A DNA stretch of 32,000 bases from Nostoc sp. PCC 7120 = FACHB-418. GTDB lineage: Bacteria; Cyanobacteriota; Cyanobacteriia; Cyanobacteriales; Nostocaceae. Location of the stretch: positions 2,550,001 through 2,582,000 of the forward strand of contig NC_003272.1 in assembly GCF_000009705.1 (NCBI RefSeq), given 5' to 3'. The notes under the pieces were generated by a model. The model was not told where the DNA came from. It saw nothing but the letters and a program-made list of their open reading frames with translations, and searched no databases. The translations under genes were made by a program, and so were the position numbers. Every line of letters begins with the position of its first letter. Position 1 is the stretch's first letter. Shown one piece after another: positions 23,351 to 32,000 of the stretch.

Positions 23351-24247
23351 TTTCCACAATCGAGAGCGATAACTATTGCTACCACCGCAATCAGCCGTAA
23401 TCATTATATGCTGGCTTTTTGGATAAACTTCTTTTCCCATTGAGTACCACCAATGACGAATAGACTCGACTGCAAACTCTGCTGTATCGTGGTCGATGCC
23501 AACATTCACCCATCCTTGATTTGAGGTTAAATCATAAATTCCGTAGGGAATTGCTTTGCCCAATTTGGGGTCAACAAAATCATGCATCTTCACCTCAATT
23601 GGCCGTGCCTTCTCACACCACTCGGTTCCGGAATTTTTAAAATCTCCAATTAATTCTTTTTTTTTAGTATCCACTGAAATTACGGGTTCGTTCTGGGATT
23701 GAAAGTGCAAGACTTGCTTGGAAATATGTAAAAATTGGTCGTCCCTATCTGGATGAGATGAGCCATCACGGGTTTTACGATTTGATTGTAAGCTGTAGCC
23801 CAGCGATTCAAGTAAGTTGTAAACACTTTTAGGACTAGTCCTATGTCCGCCAATGTTTAATGCCGCGGCCAGTTTCACTACACTTTTAGAAGTCCATTTT
23901 AGAGGCGATTCTGGATCTCCCAGCGTCACTGGTTCAATCAGCGATTCTAAATCTGATAACAGCATCGCGTCTTTTTCTTCCAGTAGTTTACGTCCAGCAC
24001 CTGACGAACGAATTCGATTACTATCGCCATTCGAGGTTTCTTCCTCTGAAGCTTCTAACAATAACCTTATCCCAGCATGGATTGTAGTCCGGGATAGTCC
24101 AGTTGCGAGCGCAACCTGACTGATACCTCCCCACCCCAGGCTTCGGGCTTCGATTGCTGCCCAAACACGCCGTGTTTTCTCGTTCAAATAGGGCTTTAAC
24201 GAATCATACTTGTCTTGAATGCTTTCTACTACTTGGTTATCAGACAT
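23297..24247 (-). pseudogene. 3'-truncated ISAzo13-family (DDE_Tnp_ISAZ013-type) transposase
   Basis: Family-typical blocks are present: SVDTKKKELIGDFKNSG, AIPYGIYD, GIDHDTAEFAV, and ITADCGGSNSYRSRLWK. The expected continuation (the HxPPGTSKWNKIEHR region) is absent. After LWK (about 23351) the frame runs 17 unrelated residues to a stop. Confidence 0.8.
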
Positions 24248-24403
24248 CTAAGCCTTTAATTCGGTTACATTCTGATGATCTAACTATTCGGTAAATCGTT
24301 CAAGTTATTTTTACATGATGCCTAAGTGTAACTTATTGTCAATAAGTTTACCACTGAATAGATGATGCCGAGCAACTTAGGCAAGGGCTAAATAAACATT
24401 GGT

Positions 24404-26197
24404 TTAATGCACCCCAGACTGTACACGCCACAAGTTGGTGTAAATCCCATCCAGGGCGATTAAATCTTCGTGTGTACCCTGCTCGACAATTTGACCATGC
24501 TCCATGACATATATGCAATGACTGTGGCGTATTGTAGAAAGACGGTGAGCGATCGCAATGGTAGTTCGATTTACGGTAATCTTTTCTAAAGAACGTTGAA
24601 TAGCTGCTTCCGTCTCATTATCCACCGCAGATGTTGCCTCATCTAAAATCAAAATCGGCGGATTTTTCAAAACTGCTCTAGCGATCGCAATACGTTGGCG
24701 TTGTCCCCCAGATAACTTTTGTCCACGTTCCCCAACTATTGTTTCATAACCTTGGGGAAGTCGCATAATAAAATCATGTGCCTCAGCTACTTTTGCAGCA
24801 TTAATAATGGCTTCATCACTAGCATCAAAAGTACCGTAGGCAATATTTTCTGCCACCGTACCATGAAATAAGAATACATCTTGACTAACTAAGCCAATAC
24901 TGCGACGTAAATCAGATAAATTTAACTTTTGAATATCAATCCCATCAATGGTAATTGAGCCATGAGAAACATCATAAAATCGTAACAATAATTTCACTAA
25001 AGTGCTTTTACCCGAACCTGTAGAACCAACAACCGCAATAGTGTTTCCGGCAGGAATATGTAAAGATAAATCTTTAATAATCACTTCACTGTTTTGATAG
25101 GCAAAGGTAACGTTTTTAAAATCAACCTCACCCCGCACATTTTCCACAACTAAAGGTACATCCCCCGTAATAATTTGGATAGGAGTATCTAATAAATCCA
25201 TTACCCGCCTAGTAGAAGCCATTCCTCTTTGATAATGGTCAAAAGTTTCTCCTAAAAACACCAATGGCCACAGTAATCTTTGTACCAGCACCAGTAAAAC
25301 GCTGTAATTACCTATAGATATTTTCTGTGAATATGCTGCCATACCTCCCAGAAATAACAAAGCCGTAAACCCTGCTAAAACCAACATTCTAATTAAAGGA
25401 ATAAAAGCAGCAGAAAGTTTAATTGCTTTGGCGTTACTTTTTCTGTAAGCTTCACTTTCCTCTGCTAGTCTGGCACTTTCATACTTCTCTGCTGTAAAAC
25501 TTTTAATTGTCGTAATTCCACTAATATTATTAGCAAGCCGCGAGTTGAGAAAACTAACTTTTTCTCTAACATCGGCATAACGGGGTTCTAGCCGTTTTTG
25601 ATATACCAGTGAACCCCAAAGAATAAAGGGCATAGGTAACATTGCTGCAAGAGTAATGTTAAATGGCAAAATGAAAAACGCACCAACAATCAAAATTATT
25701 AAGGAAGTGGTGACTTGGATAACTTCATTTGCTCCCCCATTTAAAAAATCTTCAAGTTGGTTGATATCATCACTGAGAATTGACATCAAACCGCCTGTAC
25801 TGCTGTCTTCAAAATAAGCCGATTCTAATTTTTGTAAATGATTGTAGGCGTCTAAACGTAAACTATGTTGGATATTTTGAGCCACATTTCGCCAAATTCT
25901 GTCATAAGCGTATTGGGAAAGTGATTCAAATATCCAAACAATAACGGTAATTAATGAAAGTAATGCAAATTGCCATACTACTTCTTTAATACCAAATTTA
26001 GCAATTGTAGAATCTTGTTGTTGCACTAATATATCTACGGCAATACCCACTAACCAAGGGGGGGCTAAATCTAAAACTGTATTAATAACCGAATAGGTAG
26101 ACGCTTGGTAAATTTGTCCACGATATTTTTGTCCATAATTGAGTAATCGGCGCAAGGGAGAAAGTTTGTTTGATACATGATGGAATGTTGATGTCAT
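24404..26197 (-). CDS. ABC transporter, fused permease/ATPase (exporter type)
   Basis: 597 aa with an N-terminal six-helix transmembrane domain. Walker A is GSTGSGKST, the signature is LSGGQRQRIAIARA, and Walker B is ILILDEATS. Confidence 0.9.
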   Translation of the reverse strand: MTSTFHHVSNKLSPLRRLLNYGQKYRGQIYQASTYSVINTVLDLAPPWLVGIAVDILVQQQDSTIAKFGIKEVVWQFALLSLITVIVWIFESLSQYAYDRIWRNVAQNIQHSLRLDAYNHLQKLESAYFEDSSTGGLMSILSDDINQLEDFLNGGANEVIQVTTSLIILIVGAFFILPFNITLAAMLPMPFILWGSLVYQKRLEPRYADVREKVSFLNSRLANNISGITTIKSFTAEKYESARLAEESEAYRKSNAKAIKLSAAFIPLIRMLVLAGFTALLFLGGMAAYSQKISIGNYSVLLVLVQRLLWPLVFLGETFDHYQRGMASTRRVMDLLDTPIQIITGDVPLVVENVRGEVDFKNVTFAYQNSEVIIKDLSLHIPAGNTIAVVGSTGSGKSTLVKLLLRFYDVSHGSITIDGIDIQKLNLSDLRRSIGLVSQDVFLFHGTVAENIAYGTFDASDEAIINAAKVAEAHDFIMRLPQGYETIVGERGQKLSGGQRQRIAIARAVLKNPPILILDEATSAVDNETEAAIQRSLEKITVNRTTIAIAHRLSTIRHSHCIYVMEHGQIVEQGTHEDLIALDGIYTNLWRVQSGVH

Positions 26198-26343
26198 GAT
26201 CTAAATTAAAATTCAGGGATTTAGGTTTTCTAGTTAGCCATTGCAATTGCAGTTGACCAAAATATATAGATATTACTATTTTTTGATATGCGAATTCTAT
26301 CCAGAAACGGCAAATTTATATCCCAAAAAGGTAATTTATAGGC

Positions 26344-26479
26344 CAATACAGTTCAGTTAAGCCTAAAAATATTACTGCTGTAAGTTGGGTTGATGCAAGA
26401 AAAACCAACATCATCAATACTTTGTTGGATTAAGCGTAGCGCAACCCAACCTACCTTTTTCCTTAACTGAACCGTATTG
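26344..26479. mobile_element. 136-bp MITE with 18-bp terminal inverted repeats and a 10-bp target-site duplication
   Basis: The terminal repeats are caatacagttcagttaag (26344-26361) and cttaactgaaccgtattg (26462-26479), with one mismatch. The identical flanks are atttataggc at 26334-26343 and 26480-26489. Inside is the common gttgggtt...aacccaac hairpin. Confidence 0.75.
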
Positions 26480-26628
26480 ATTTATAGGCATTACTAGAGA
26501 GGAGTCAACAGGAAGTACCTCAACGGGCAAATCGTGTTATCATAGATTTATTAACAACAATCATGGTTTATTCAGTTGAGTAATACGTTACACTGCGACA
26601 AGATACGCGATCGCTCTCTGACGATGAT

Positions 26629-27714
26629 TTAAGGTGTTTTGACTAAATATTTATAGAGGTCATCAATTATTCTGTTAGCTCCCATAGCTCCCCCGACAGT
26701 CCAATTTACCCTATATATCTGTTTAGTTTTAACAGCTTTAAGATTTGACCAAATAGGCTTTTGTAAGAAAGATAAAACTTCAGGATTTGCTTCTTTAAAA
26801 TCTCTAGTCAAGTGTTCTGTCATAATAAATAAAATATCCGCATCGTATTTGGGTAAAACTTCAATACTTAAAGTTAACTCGCGTTGTTTTTGATTTTGTT
26901 GGATTAGTCGTAAACCTGCGTCGCTAAGAATTTGACCATAAGCTAGAAAGTCCGGTCTGTAGCTATAAAAAATATCCGCCGAACCTGCAAGATAAATCAC
27001 AGATATTGTTTTTGTTTCTAGTTGCTTTCCTAATTGCTGCCGCAATGTTTGGATACGATTTTGGTACTGAGTCAGAAGTTCCTCTGCGCGATCGCTCTTT
27101 CCCAACACCTGGGCTACATATCGTAGTCTTTCTTTAAAATCATACATACTCGGAAAATCGATCAGTACGGTTGGCGCGATACTGGAAAGGATTTTATAAG
27201 AACTCTTGAGCCATGTTAACCCCAAAATTAAATCGGGTTTTAAACTAAGAATTTTCTCTAGGGAAGGTTGATTTCCAATATTGCCCACCACTGGAACATC
27301 AGCAAGTAAGTCGCTGGGGATACCTCGAAAATTTTCCTCACAGTCCTGACAATACATGACACCAACTGGCTTTACACCCAGAGCCAGTACAGAATCGAGA
27401 ATTATATTTTCTTCTAATACAACAACTCGCTGCGGTTTAAGTGGAATTTTAACTTTACCTAAAGCATGGCTAATAGTTTTTGTTTCTATTGGACTTAGAG
27501 CAGTTGCACTTGTTTCCCTTTGTTCTAGCTGCGATGTGTTGTTACAGGCTGCGATCGCAACAACAGCAACTATGGTCAGAAAGAATGGTAAAAACTTGTA
27601 ATTACTCGAAAAAACAGTCTTGACAACCCAAACAAACTTAGCAAAAGTCAAAACACAAACTCCTTTAACAAGAACTAACAATGGCATAATTGTATTGATG
27701 ACTCTCTTTCTCAT
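26629..27714 (-). CDS. Iron-siderophore ABC transporter periplasmic substrate-binding protein (FhuD/FecB-like), probable lipoprotein
   Basis: 361-aa ORF with the lipobox-like AIAAC after a hydrophobic stretch. The pattern PQRVVVLEE...LALGVKPVG...PSLEKILSLKPDLIL is typical of cluster A-II binding proteins. The start codon is uncertain because the N-terminus is long. Confidence 0.8.
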   Translation of the reverse strand: MRKRVINTIMPLLVLVKGVCVLTFAKFVWVVKTVFSSNYKFLPFFLTIVAVVAIAACNNTSQLEQRETSATALSPIETKTISHALGKVKIPLKPQRVVVLEENIILDSVLALGVKPVGVMYCQDCEENFRGIPSDLLADVPVVGNIGNQPSLEKILSLKPDLILGLTWLKSSYKILSSIAPTVLIDFPSMYDFKERLRYVAQVLGKSDRAEELLTQYQNRIQTLRQQLGKQLETKTISVIYLAGSADIFYSYRPDFLAYGQILSDAGLRLIQQNQKQRELTLSIEVLPKYDADILFIMTEHLTRDFKEANPEVLSFLQKPIWSNLKAVKTKQIYRVNWTVGGAMGANRIIDDLYKYLVKTP

Positions 27715-27812
27715 TGCCAGGGATTTTTTCTTTAACTAATATTTGGCAGGTTGTCTAAAAGACTGGTGCTGTGTACACGCAAATTACTTAACTGATGATC
27801 TACAGGAGAGAG

Positions 27813-30434
27813 TTAAAATTCCCAGCTAATAGAGCCGATAATTGTAAAAGGCGCACCTCTTCGCAGGAATGTTCTGCCATCGTCAGAGGTTCTAATATAG
27901 TCGGTATCAAATAGATTACGGATATTGATACCAGCTTTAAAACCATCTCTACGATAGTAAATTGCCGCATCAGTACGCAAGTAATCGGGTATTTCAAAGG
28001 AGTTAGCGGAATCTCCCGATCGCGTACCCACATAAAACAGCCCCAAACCAAATCCCAAACCCTTCAAATCGCTATTTTGAAACTCATAGGTTGTCCAGAG
28101 ACTAGCTTGGTTTTTTGGCACACTTACCAATCGATTGCCTACAGGAATATCGTTATCTTCAGTTACTTCTGCATTAGTGTAAGCATAGGAAGCGATCGCC
28201 TTCCAGCCAGGTAAAATCTCCCCCGCAACATCTAACTCAATCCCTCGACTTCTTTGCTCTCCTACCTGAATTAAATAATCAAGCGCAGCTCTTTCAGGAT
28301 CAGGATCGGGGGTGAGAATATTAGACTTGGTGATTTGATAGGCTGCCAGTGTTGCCGAAAGCCTACCCTCTAGAAAGTCAGCTTTAATACCTGCTTCATA
28401 TTGTGTTCCTCTTGTCGGCTCAAATATTTCACCATCAGGGTTGACTCCCGTTTCAGGGACGAAAGATTGGCTGTAGCTGGTGTAGAGAGAAACAGATTTG
28501 CTAGGCTGATACACTAACCCGATTCGGGGGCTGAAAGCACTACTATCAGGGTTTTGTGTAGTATCCCCTGTCACGTTGTCTGTATTCTCGCCGGAAATCC
28601 AATCGAAGCGTCCACCGATTAATAATTTCAGATTATCTAGAAAGGTAATCTGATCCTGAAGGTAAATCCCGTAGGTTTGAAAACGTTCGGTAGAACTAGA
28701 ACGTGGGCCATAGTCGAAGCTGGGAATATTATAGTTGGGATTGAAAATATCTAGATTAGGAACATTCCTTTGAACTACCCTTGCAAAAGTATCAATATTA
28801 TGATTGAAATCAAAACCTATCAATATTTGGTGTGAAATCGATCCCGTATTAAACTTTCCTAGCAAATCGATCTGTCCAAAATAGTTATCTTGCGTAAATT
28901 CACGATCTTGAGCAAATTGCCGTAAGGACTGATCGTTCACTACCCCTGTGGCTAAAGTATATTCTTCAGCGTTTTTACTAGTAACCACAGAAAAGTTATT
29001 ACGAATCTGCCAGTTATCACTAAACTTGTGACTCAATGTGTAACCCAACTTTTGGGTAGTATTATCTACGTAAGCATTGTTAGGATATGCCTGATAGAAA
29101 CTTCGAGGCAGAAACGTATTATCGCTAAGAATAGAGGTATACTGCTCAAAAGTTCCTTTGAAGTTAATATACTCATAATATAGAGTCAGGTCTGTTCTAT
29201 CACCCAATTTCCAAGCGATTGTTGGTGCGATTGTAGTCAGATTTGTGTTGACAAAATCTTGAAAACCATCTGAACTTTGATAGCTAGCGTTGAAGCGATA
29301 AAGCAAAGTTTTATCGGCGTTTAAAGGGCCAGAGAAATCAATACTAGGCTGATAAAATGCCCTGTTCCCCACCTCAAATCCCAGCTGATAATAGGGTTCA
29401 CTCAAGGGTTGTTTGGTGACGACGTTGATTATTCCACCAGGTTCTACAGCCCCAAACAAAACCGAGGCTGGCCCTTTAAGGACTTCCACTCGCTCAATCG
29501 TCCCTACTCCTGTCAAGCCATAAGAATTTACATCTCGATAGCCATTTCGGAAACTTCCACCCTGTTCAAATCCTCTAATAATGAAGTCTTGTGCAGGCGA
29601 ACCGTTGTAGTCAGCACCGTCAACTACGCCACTAACCGTTTCCACAGCCTCAGCTAGACTTCTCACGTTGCGATCTTCCAGCACTTCTCGCGGCACTACC
29701 TGAATAGATTGGGGAATATCGCGCAAAGGTGTATCTGTCTTTGTTGCAGTCGTCGCATCCTGTACACGATACCCATTCTGTTGTCCCGTTACCACTAACT
29801 CAATCGGTTCATCCTGCTGTGCTGCTGGTTCTTCTTGGGGTATTTCAATTGCTGGCTTTTCTTGAGCTTGTGGCGTTTGTGGTTGTTGCGCCGTAGTTGT
29901 AGCAGGTGTTACGCCAAAAATCAGTCCTTCATCCCCATCAAATAACTCAACTATCGGCAGTCCTGTTTCCCCCGTCACCGTCACCTGGATAGTATTATTA
30001 TCTTGATTAACTACCAAAACTTCCGCAATTCCGGCAAATGGTTTTTCTTGACGAAATGTATCGCCACCCTCGTAACGCAATTGCGAATTGGGAATATCAA
30101 TAATTAATTTATTGCCTTCATTCTTCTGAACAGGTTTGAGAGCATCACCTTTAGCAGTTTCTAAAATGACCTCAACACCTTTTTCAGTTTGGTTGATACG
30201 TACCCCTGTAACTTCTACTATTTCCTCTGCATCAGGGTTCTGAGTTAACAACAGTGCGGCATTAGTCTGGGGAGGTTTTACCTCACTCAACTGGGGAATA
30301 CTTGATACAGATTTGCTTTTATCTCCAATATCAACCGAATTTCCTCCATCGGTTTCAGCCAGAACTGACTGTGTTGTGAGTATAAAAACTGAGGCTGTAA
30401 ACATCAGCCCGGAAAGCGATTTTATTAATCTCAT
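27813..30434 (-). CDS. TonB-dependent siderophore receptor with an N-terminal AMIN-like domain
   Basis: Has a signal peptide (ATG 30434, with GAGGGAG upstream) and an AMIN-like segment (VTGVRINQTEKGVEVILE...LIIDIPNSQL). A Pro/Gln linker follows, then a plug (DIPQSIQVVPREVLEDRNVRSL..AVETVSGV). The beta-barrel ends in a terminal aromatic (ISWEF). Confidence 0.9.
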   Translation of the reverse strand: MRLIKSLSGLMFTASVFILTTQSVLAETDGGNSVDIGDKSKSVSSIPQLSEVKPPQTNAALLLTQNPDAEEIVEVTGVRINQTEKGVEVILETAKGDALKPVQKNEGNKLIIDIPNSQLRYEGGDTFRQEKPFAGIAEVLVVNQDNNTIQVTVTGETGLPIVELFDGDEGLIFGVTPATTTAQQPQTPQAQEKPAIEIPQEEPAAQQDEPIELVVTGQQNGYRVQDATTATKTDTPLRDIPQSIQVVPREVLEDRNVRSLAEAVETVSGVVDGADYNGSPAQDFIIRGFEQGGSFRNGYRDVNSYGLTGVGTIERVEVLKGPASVLFGAVEPGGIINVVTKQPLSEPYYQLGFEVGNRAFYQPSIDFSGPLNADKTLLYRFNASYQSSDGFQDFVNTNLTTIAPTIAWKLGDRTDLTLYYEYINFKGTFEQYTSILSDNTFLPRSFYQAYPNNAYVDNTTQKLGYTLSHKFSDNWQIRNNFSVVTSKNAEEYTLATGVVNDQSLRQFAQDREFTQDNYFGQIDLLGKFNTGSISHQILIGFDFNHNIDTFARVVQRNVPNLDIFNPNYNIPSFDYGPRSSSTERFQTYGIYLQDQITFLDNLKLLIGGRFDWISGENTDNVTGDTTQNPDSSAFSPRIGLVYQPSKSVSLYTSYSQSFVPETGVNPDGEIFEPTRGTQYEAGIKADFLEGRLSATLAAYQITKSNILTPDPDPERAALDYLIQVGEQRSRGIELDVAGEILPGWKAIASYAYTNAEVTEDNDIPVGNRLVSVPKNQASLWTTYEFQNSDLKGLGFGLGLFYVGTRSGDSANSFEIPDYLRTDAAIYYRRDGFKAGINIRNLFDTDYIRTSDDGRTFLRRGAPFTIIGSISWEF

Positions 30435-30594
30435 CACCAAATCTCCCTCACACCAACATATTCATCAAACTTTTGACCCCTCTCCTGTGACAGATTAGGG
30501 TATTAGGTCACTCCATCTATCCCCACAAGCTGTTAGGAATATTTCTTAACTAAACTAGTAGTGTATCTACAATACGGGATTCGGATTTCTAATT

Positions 30595-30638
30595 TGAACG
30601 CTAGAGGGATTTTTTTTGAACGCTAGAGGGATTTTTGT
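30595..30638. repeat. 22-bp tandem duplication spanning the stop codon of the AraC-type gene
   Basis: tgaacgctagagggattttttt (30595-30616) is followed by tgaacgctagagggatttttgt (30617-30638). The second unit contains the gene's TAG and its last codons. Confidence 0.85.
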
Positions 30639-31642
30639 TGCTGTTGAAAGTATTGTTTGGGATTCAAACCAAATTTTTTGCGGAAAGCTAAAGCAAAGTA
30701 ACTGCGACTGTCAAAACCTACTCTAAATGCCACTTCTTCAACTTTCATTTCTCCTAATGCTAAGAGTTGTTTTGCTTTTTCTAGACGATAGTTGTGCAAA
30801 TATTTGAACGCAGATGTCCCGAAAACTTGACGAAACCCACACTTCAATTTAAATTCATTTATCCCTACTTGTTGTGCTAACTCTATCAGGCTAGGTGGAT
30901 TTTCTAGATTACCTAACAAAATTTCCTTGGCTTGGTATATTCTTTCAACATCTCTCAAATTCTTGCCGGGAAAGCTATGATTAGATCTCTCCTGCTCCTG
31001 AAATTGTTGGAAATAAAGCGTCATCAATTCCATTGCTTGACTTTCTAAATACATTCGCTTCATCAAGCCTTGATAGGGACACTTGAGGATATTACATAAC
31101 ACCTGCCACATTTGCTGTGTAATTTCCCCTTGCTGGTAGTAAGGCTGTACTTTACCATTCATCACTGCTTGGCGCAGGAAAATGGGTATCTGTTCTAATT
31201 CTTCTTCGCCAAAACTTTGAAAGAATTGCTGTGGTTCGATTTTCAGATAAATTCGTGAAAACTTTTCTCCGGCTTTCCACCATTCAGTTTCTTTGATATC
31301 GCAGTTACATTCTGAATAATATCTGCCTACGATTTCGTCTGTCTTGTCAGTTAAACCGTGGCGTTCAATCCTCACTTTTCCTGAAAGAAAAAAACTCAAC
31401 CCAAAGAGAGATTCATCAGGAATATCTCTGATCCATATCAGATCATTAATAAACTCTTTTTCATGTATCTTAATAAATAATCCGCTACGTAATTCTGTCC
31501 AGCATTCATAGGTATGACAGATATCTATAATTTTCCCTTGATGGATAGTTTCAAAACTCTTTAATTGACTAGAAAGTTGACCATTTTGTTCACTTTTTGT
31601 CCATATTTCTTCCCAGTCTGTACTTGTAATAATTTTTGTCAT
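30623..31642 (-). CDS. AraC-family transcriptional regulator (siderophore-responsive type by context)
   Basis: 339 aa. It has a C-terminal double HTH (LIELAQQVGINEFKLKCGFRQVFG...VEEVAFRVGFDSRSYFALAFRKKFG). It lies directly upstream of the receptor gene on the same strand. Confidence 0.9.
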   Translation of the reverse strand: MTKIITSTDWEEIWTKSEQNGQLSSQLKSFETIHQGKIIDICHTYECWTELRSGLFIKIHEKEFINDLIWIRDIPDESLFGLSFFLSGKVRIERHGLTDKTDEIVGRYYSECNCDIKETEWWKAGEKFSRIYLKIEPQQFFQSFGEEELEQIPIFLRQAVMNGKVQPYYQQGEITQQMWQVLCNILKCPYQGLMKRMYLESQAMELMTLYFQQFQEQERSNHSFPGKNLRDVERIYQAKEILLGNLENPPSLIELAQQVGINEFKLKCGFRQVFGTSAFKYLHNYRLEKAKQLLALGEMKVEEVAFRVGFDSRSYFALAFRKKFGLNPKQYFQQQQKSL

Positions 31643-31650
31643 AGTTAAAT

Positions 31651-31669
31651 GATAATTGCTATTATTATC
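31651..31669. promoter_or_regulatory. Candidate Fur box upstream of the AraC-type gene
   Basis: GATAATTGCTATTATTATC matches the GATAATGATAATCATTATC consensus at 14 of 19 positions, with GATAAT/ATTATC symmetry. It lies 9 nt upstream of the start codon. Confidence 0.35.
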
Positions 31670-31841
31670 AAGCTGATATATGGTTGAAACTAACGCACCT
31701 TTTCCAGTTTATTAAAAGGGAACACCTAATACTGGATGCAATGCAAACTTGATAAGTCAGCGATCGCTCCAGTATTCAGTACCCCAACCTGCTATATATC
31801 TTAAATAAGAAATATTATTAATTGTTGCACAAAATTTGCTG

Positions 31842-31867
31842 TAAAAAAAGCGACTTGTCGCAGTCGC
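31842..31867 (-). terminator. Intrinsic terminator candidate on the minus strand
   Basis: The minus strand reads AGCGACT-gcgaca-AGTCGCT followed by TTTTTTT (a 7-bp stem, 6-nt loop and 7 U). What it terminates is unclear, because two minus-strand frames are open from 32000 to about 31931-31935. Confidence 0.45.
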
Positions 31868-32000
31868 TGGTGGTGGTAGCTCCCATACCAGATTGCACAA
31901 GCCACAGACTGGCATCAATCCCATCAAGTGCTAGTCATTCCTCTTGCTTGCACTGCCTTGAGTTGTCGCCATAAAGGGTTTTCTTGGAGTTTTTCTCAAG

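Noticed and set aside
27356-29657. ORFs 27356..27601 (+), 27800..28051 (-) and 29409..29657 (+).
   Set aside because: They are embedded in or antisense to the binding-protein and TonB-receptor genes.
31870-32000. Partial minus-strand CDS entering from the right edge.
   Set aside because: Two minus-strand frames are open for only ~22 codons and stop near 31931-31937. That is too short to choose a frame or assign a product. Only the downstream terminator-like hairpin is reported.

Overview
This looks like a chromosomal segment from a filamentous, Nostocales-type cyanobacterium. The evidence is dense HIP1 (GCGATCGC) sites, STRR-type heptamer hairpins in intergenic DNA, small MITEs, and the gene content (sbtAB, an AMIN-domain TonB receptor, a NACHT-HEAT protein).

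Layout:
- (a) 1-2822, minus strand: a RiPP-like cluster. It holds a Sec-signal, Cys-bearing 112-aa peptide, a radical SAM/SPASM maturase, and a translationally coupled unknown gene that runs off the window.
- (b) 3022-5949: a 975-aa NACHT P-loop / HEAT-repeat STAND NTPase on the same strand.
- (c) 6101-9649, plus strand: the most unusual locus. It contains a small ORF, then two tandem 77-nt elements that fold the same way and differ by compensatory base changes. These are followed by a protein with Ro60-like architecture (helical domain plus vWA with DxSxS) and a 392-aa unknown protein ending in a Fis-type HTH. I read this as a possible uncharacterised Ro/Y-RNA-like ribonucleoprotein module.
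- (d) 9.85-12.2 kb: a visibly GC-rich sbtB-sbtA block set in a mosaic with 129-bp direct repeats.
- (e) 13-23.35 kb: an accessory patchwork. It holds a degraded Rpn/DUF2887-type gene, MITEs, a 5'-truncated multi-sensor histidine kinase with its NarL-type regulator, and a ~220-bp duplication bracketing a gene fragment. It also holds a CxxS DsbA-like protein, two CPBP proteases flanking an SDR, and two small ORFs. The block ends exactly at a 3'-truncated ISAzo13-type transposase.
- (f) 24.4-31.7 kb: an ordinary iron-siderophore set (ABC exporter-type protein, periplasmic binding protein, TonB-dependent receptor, AraC regulator with a candidate Fur box).

No tRNA, rRNA or CRISPR array was seen. 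All family assignments are by eye from motifs and none were database-verified.
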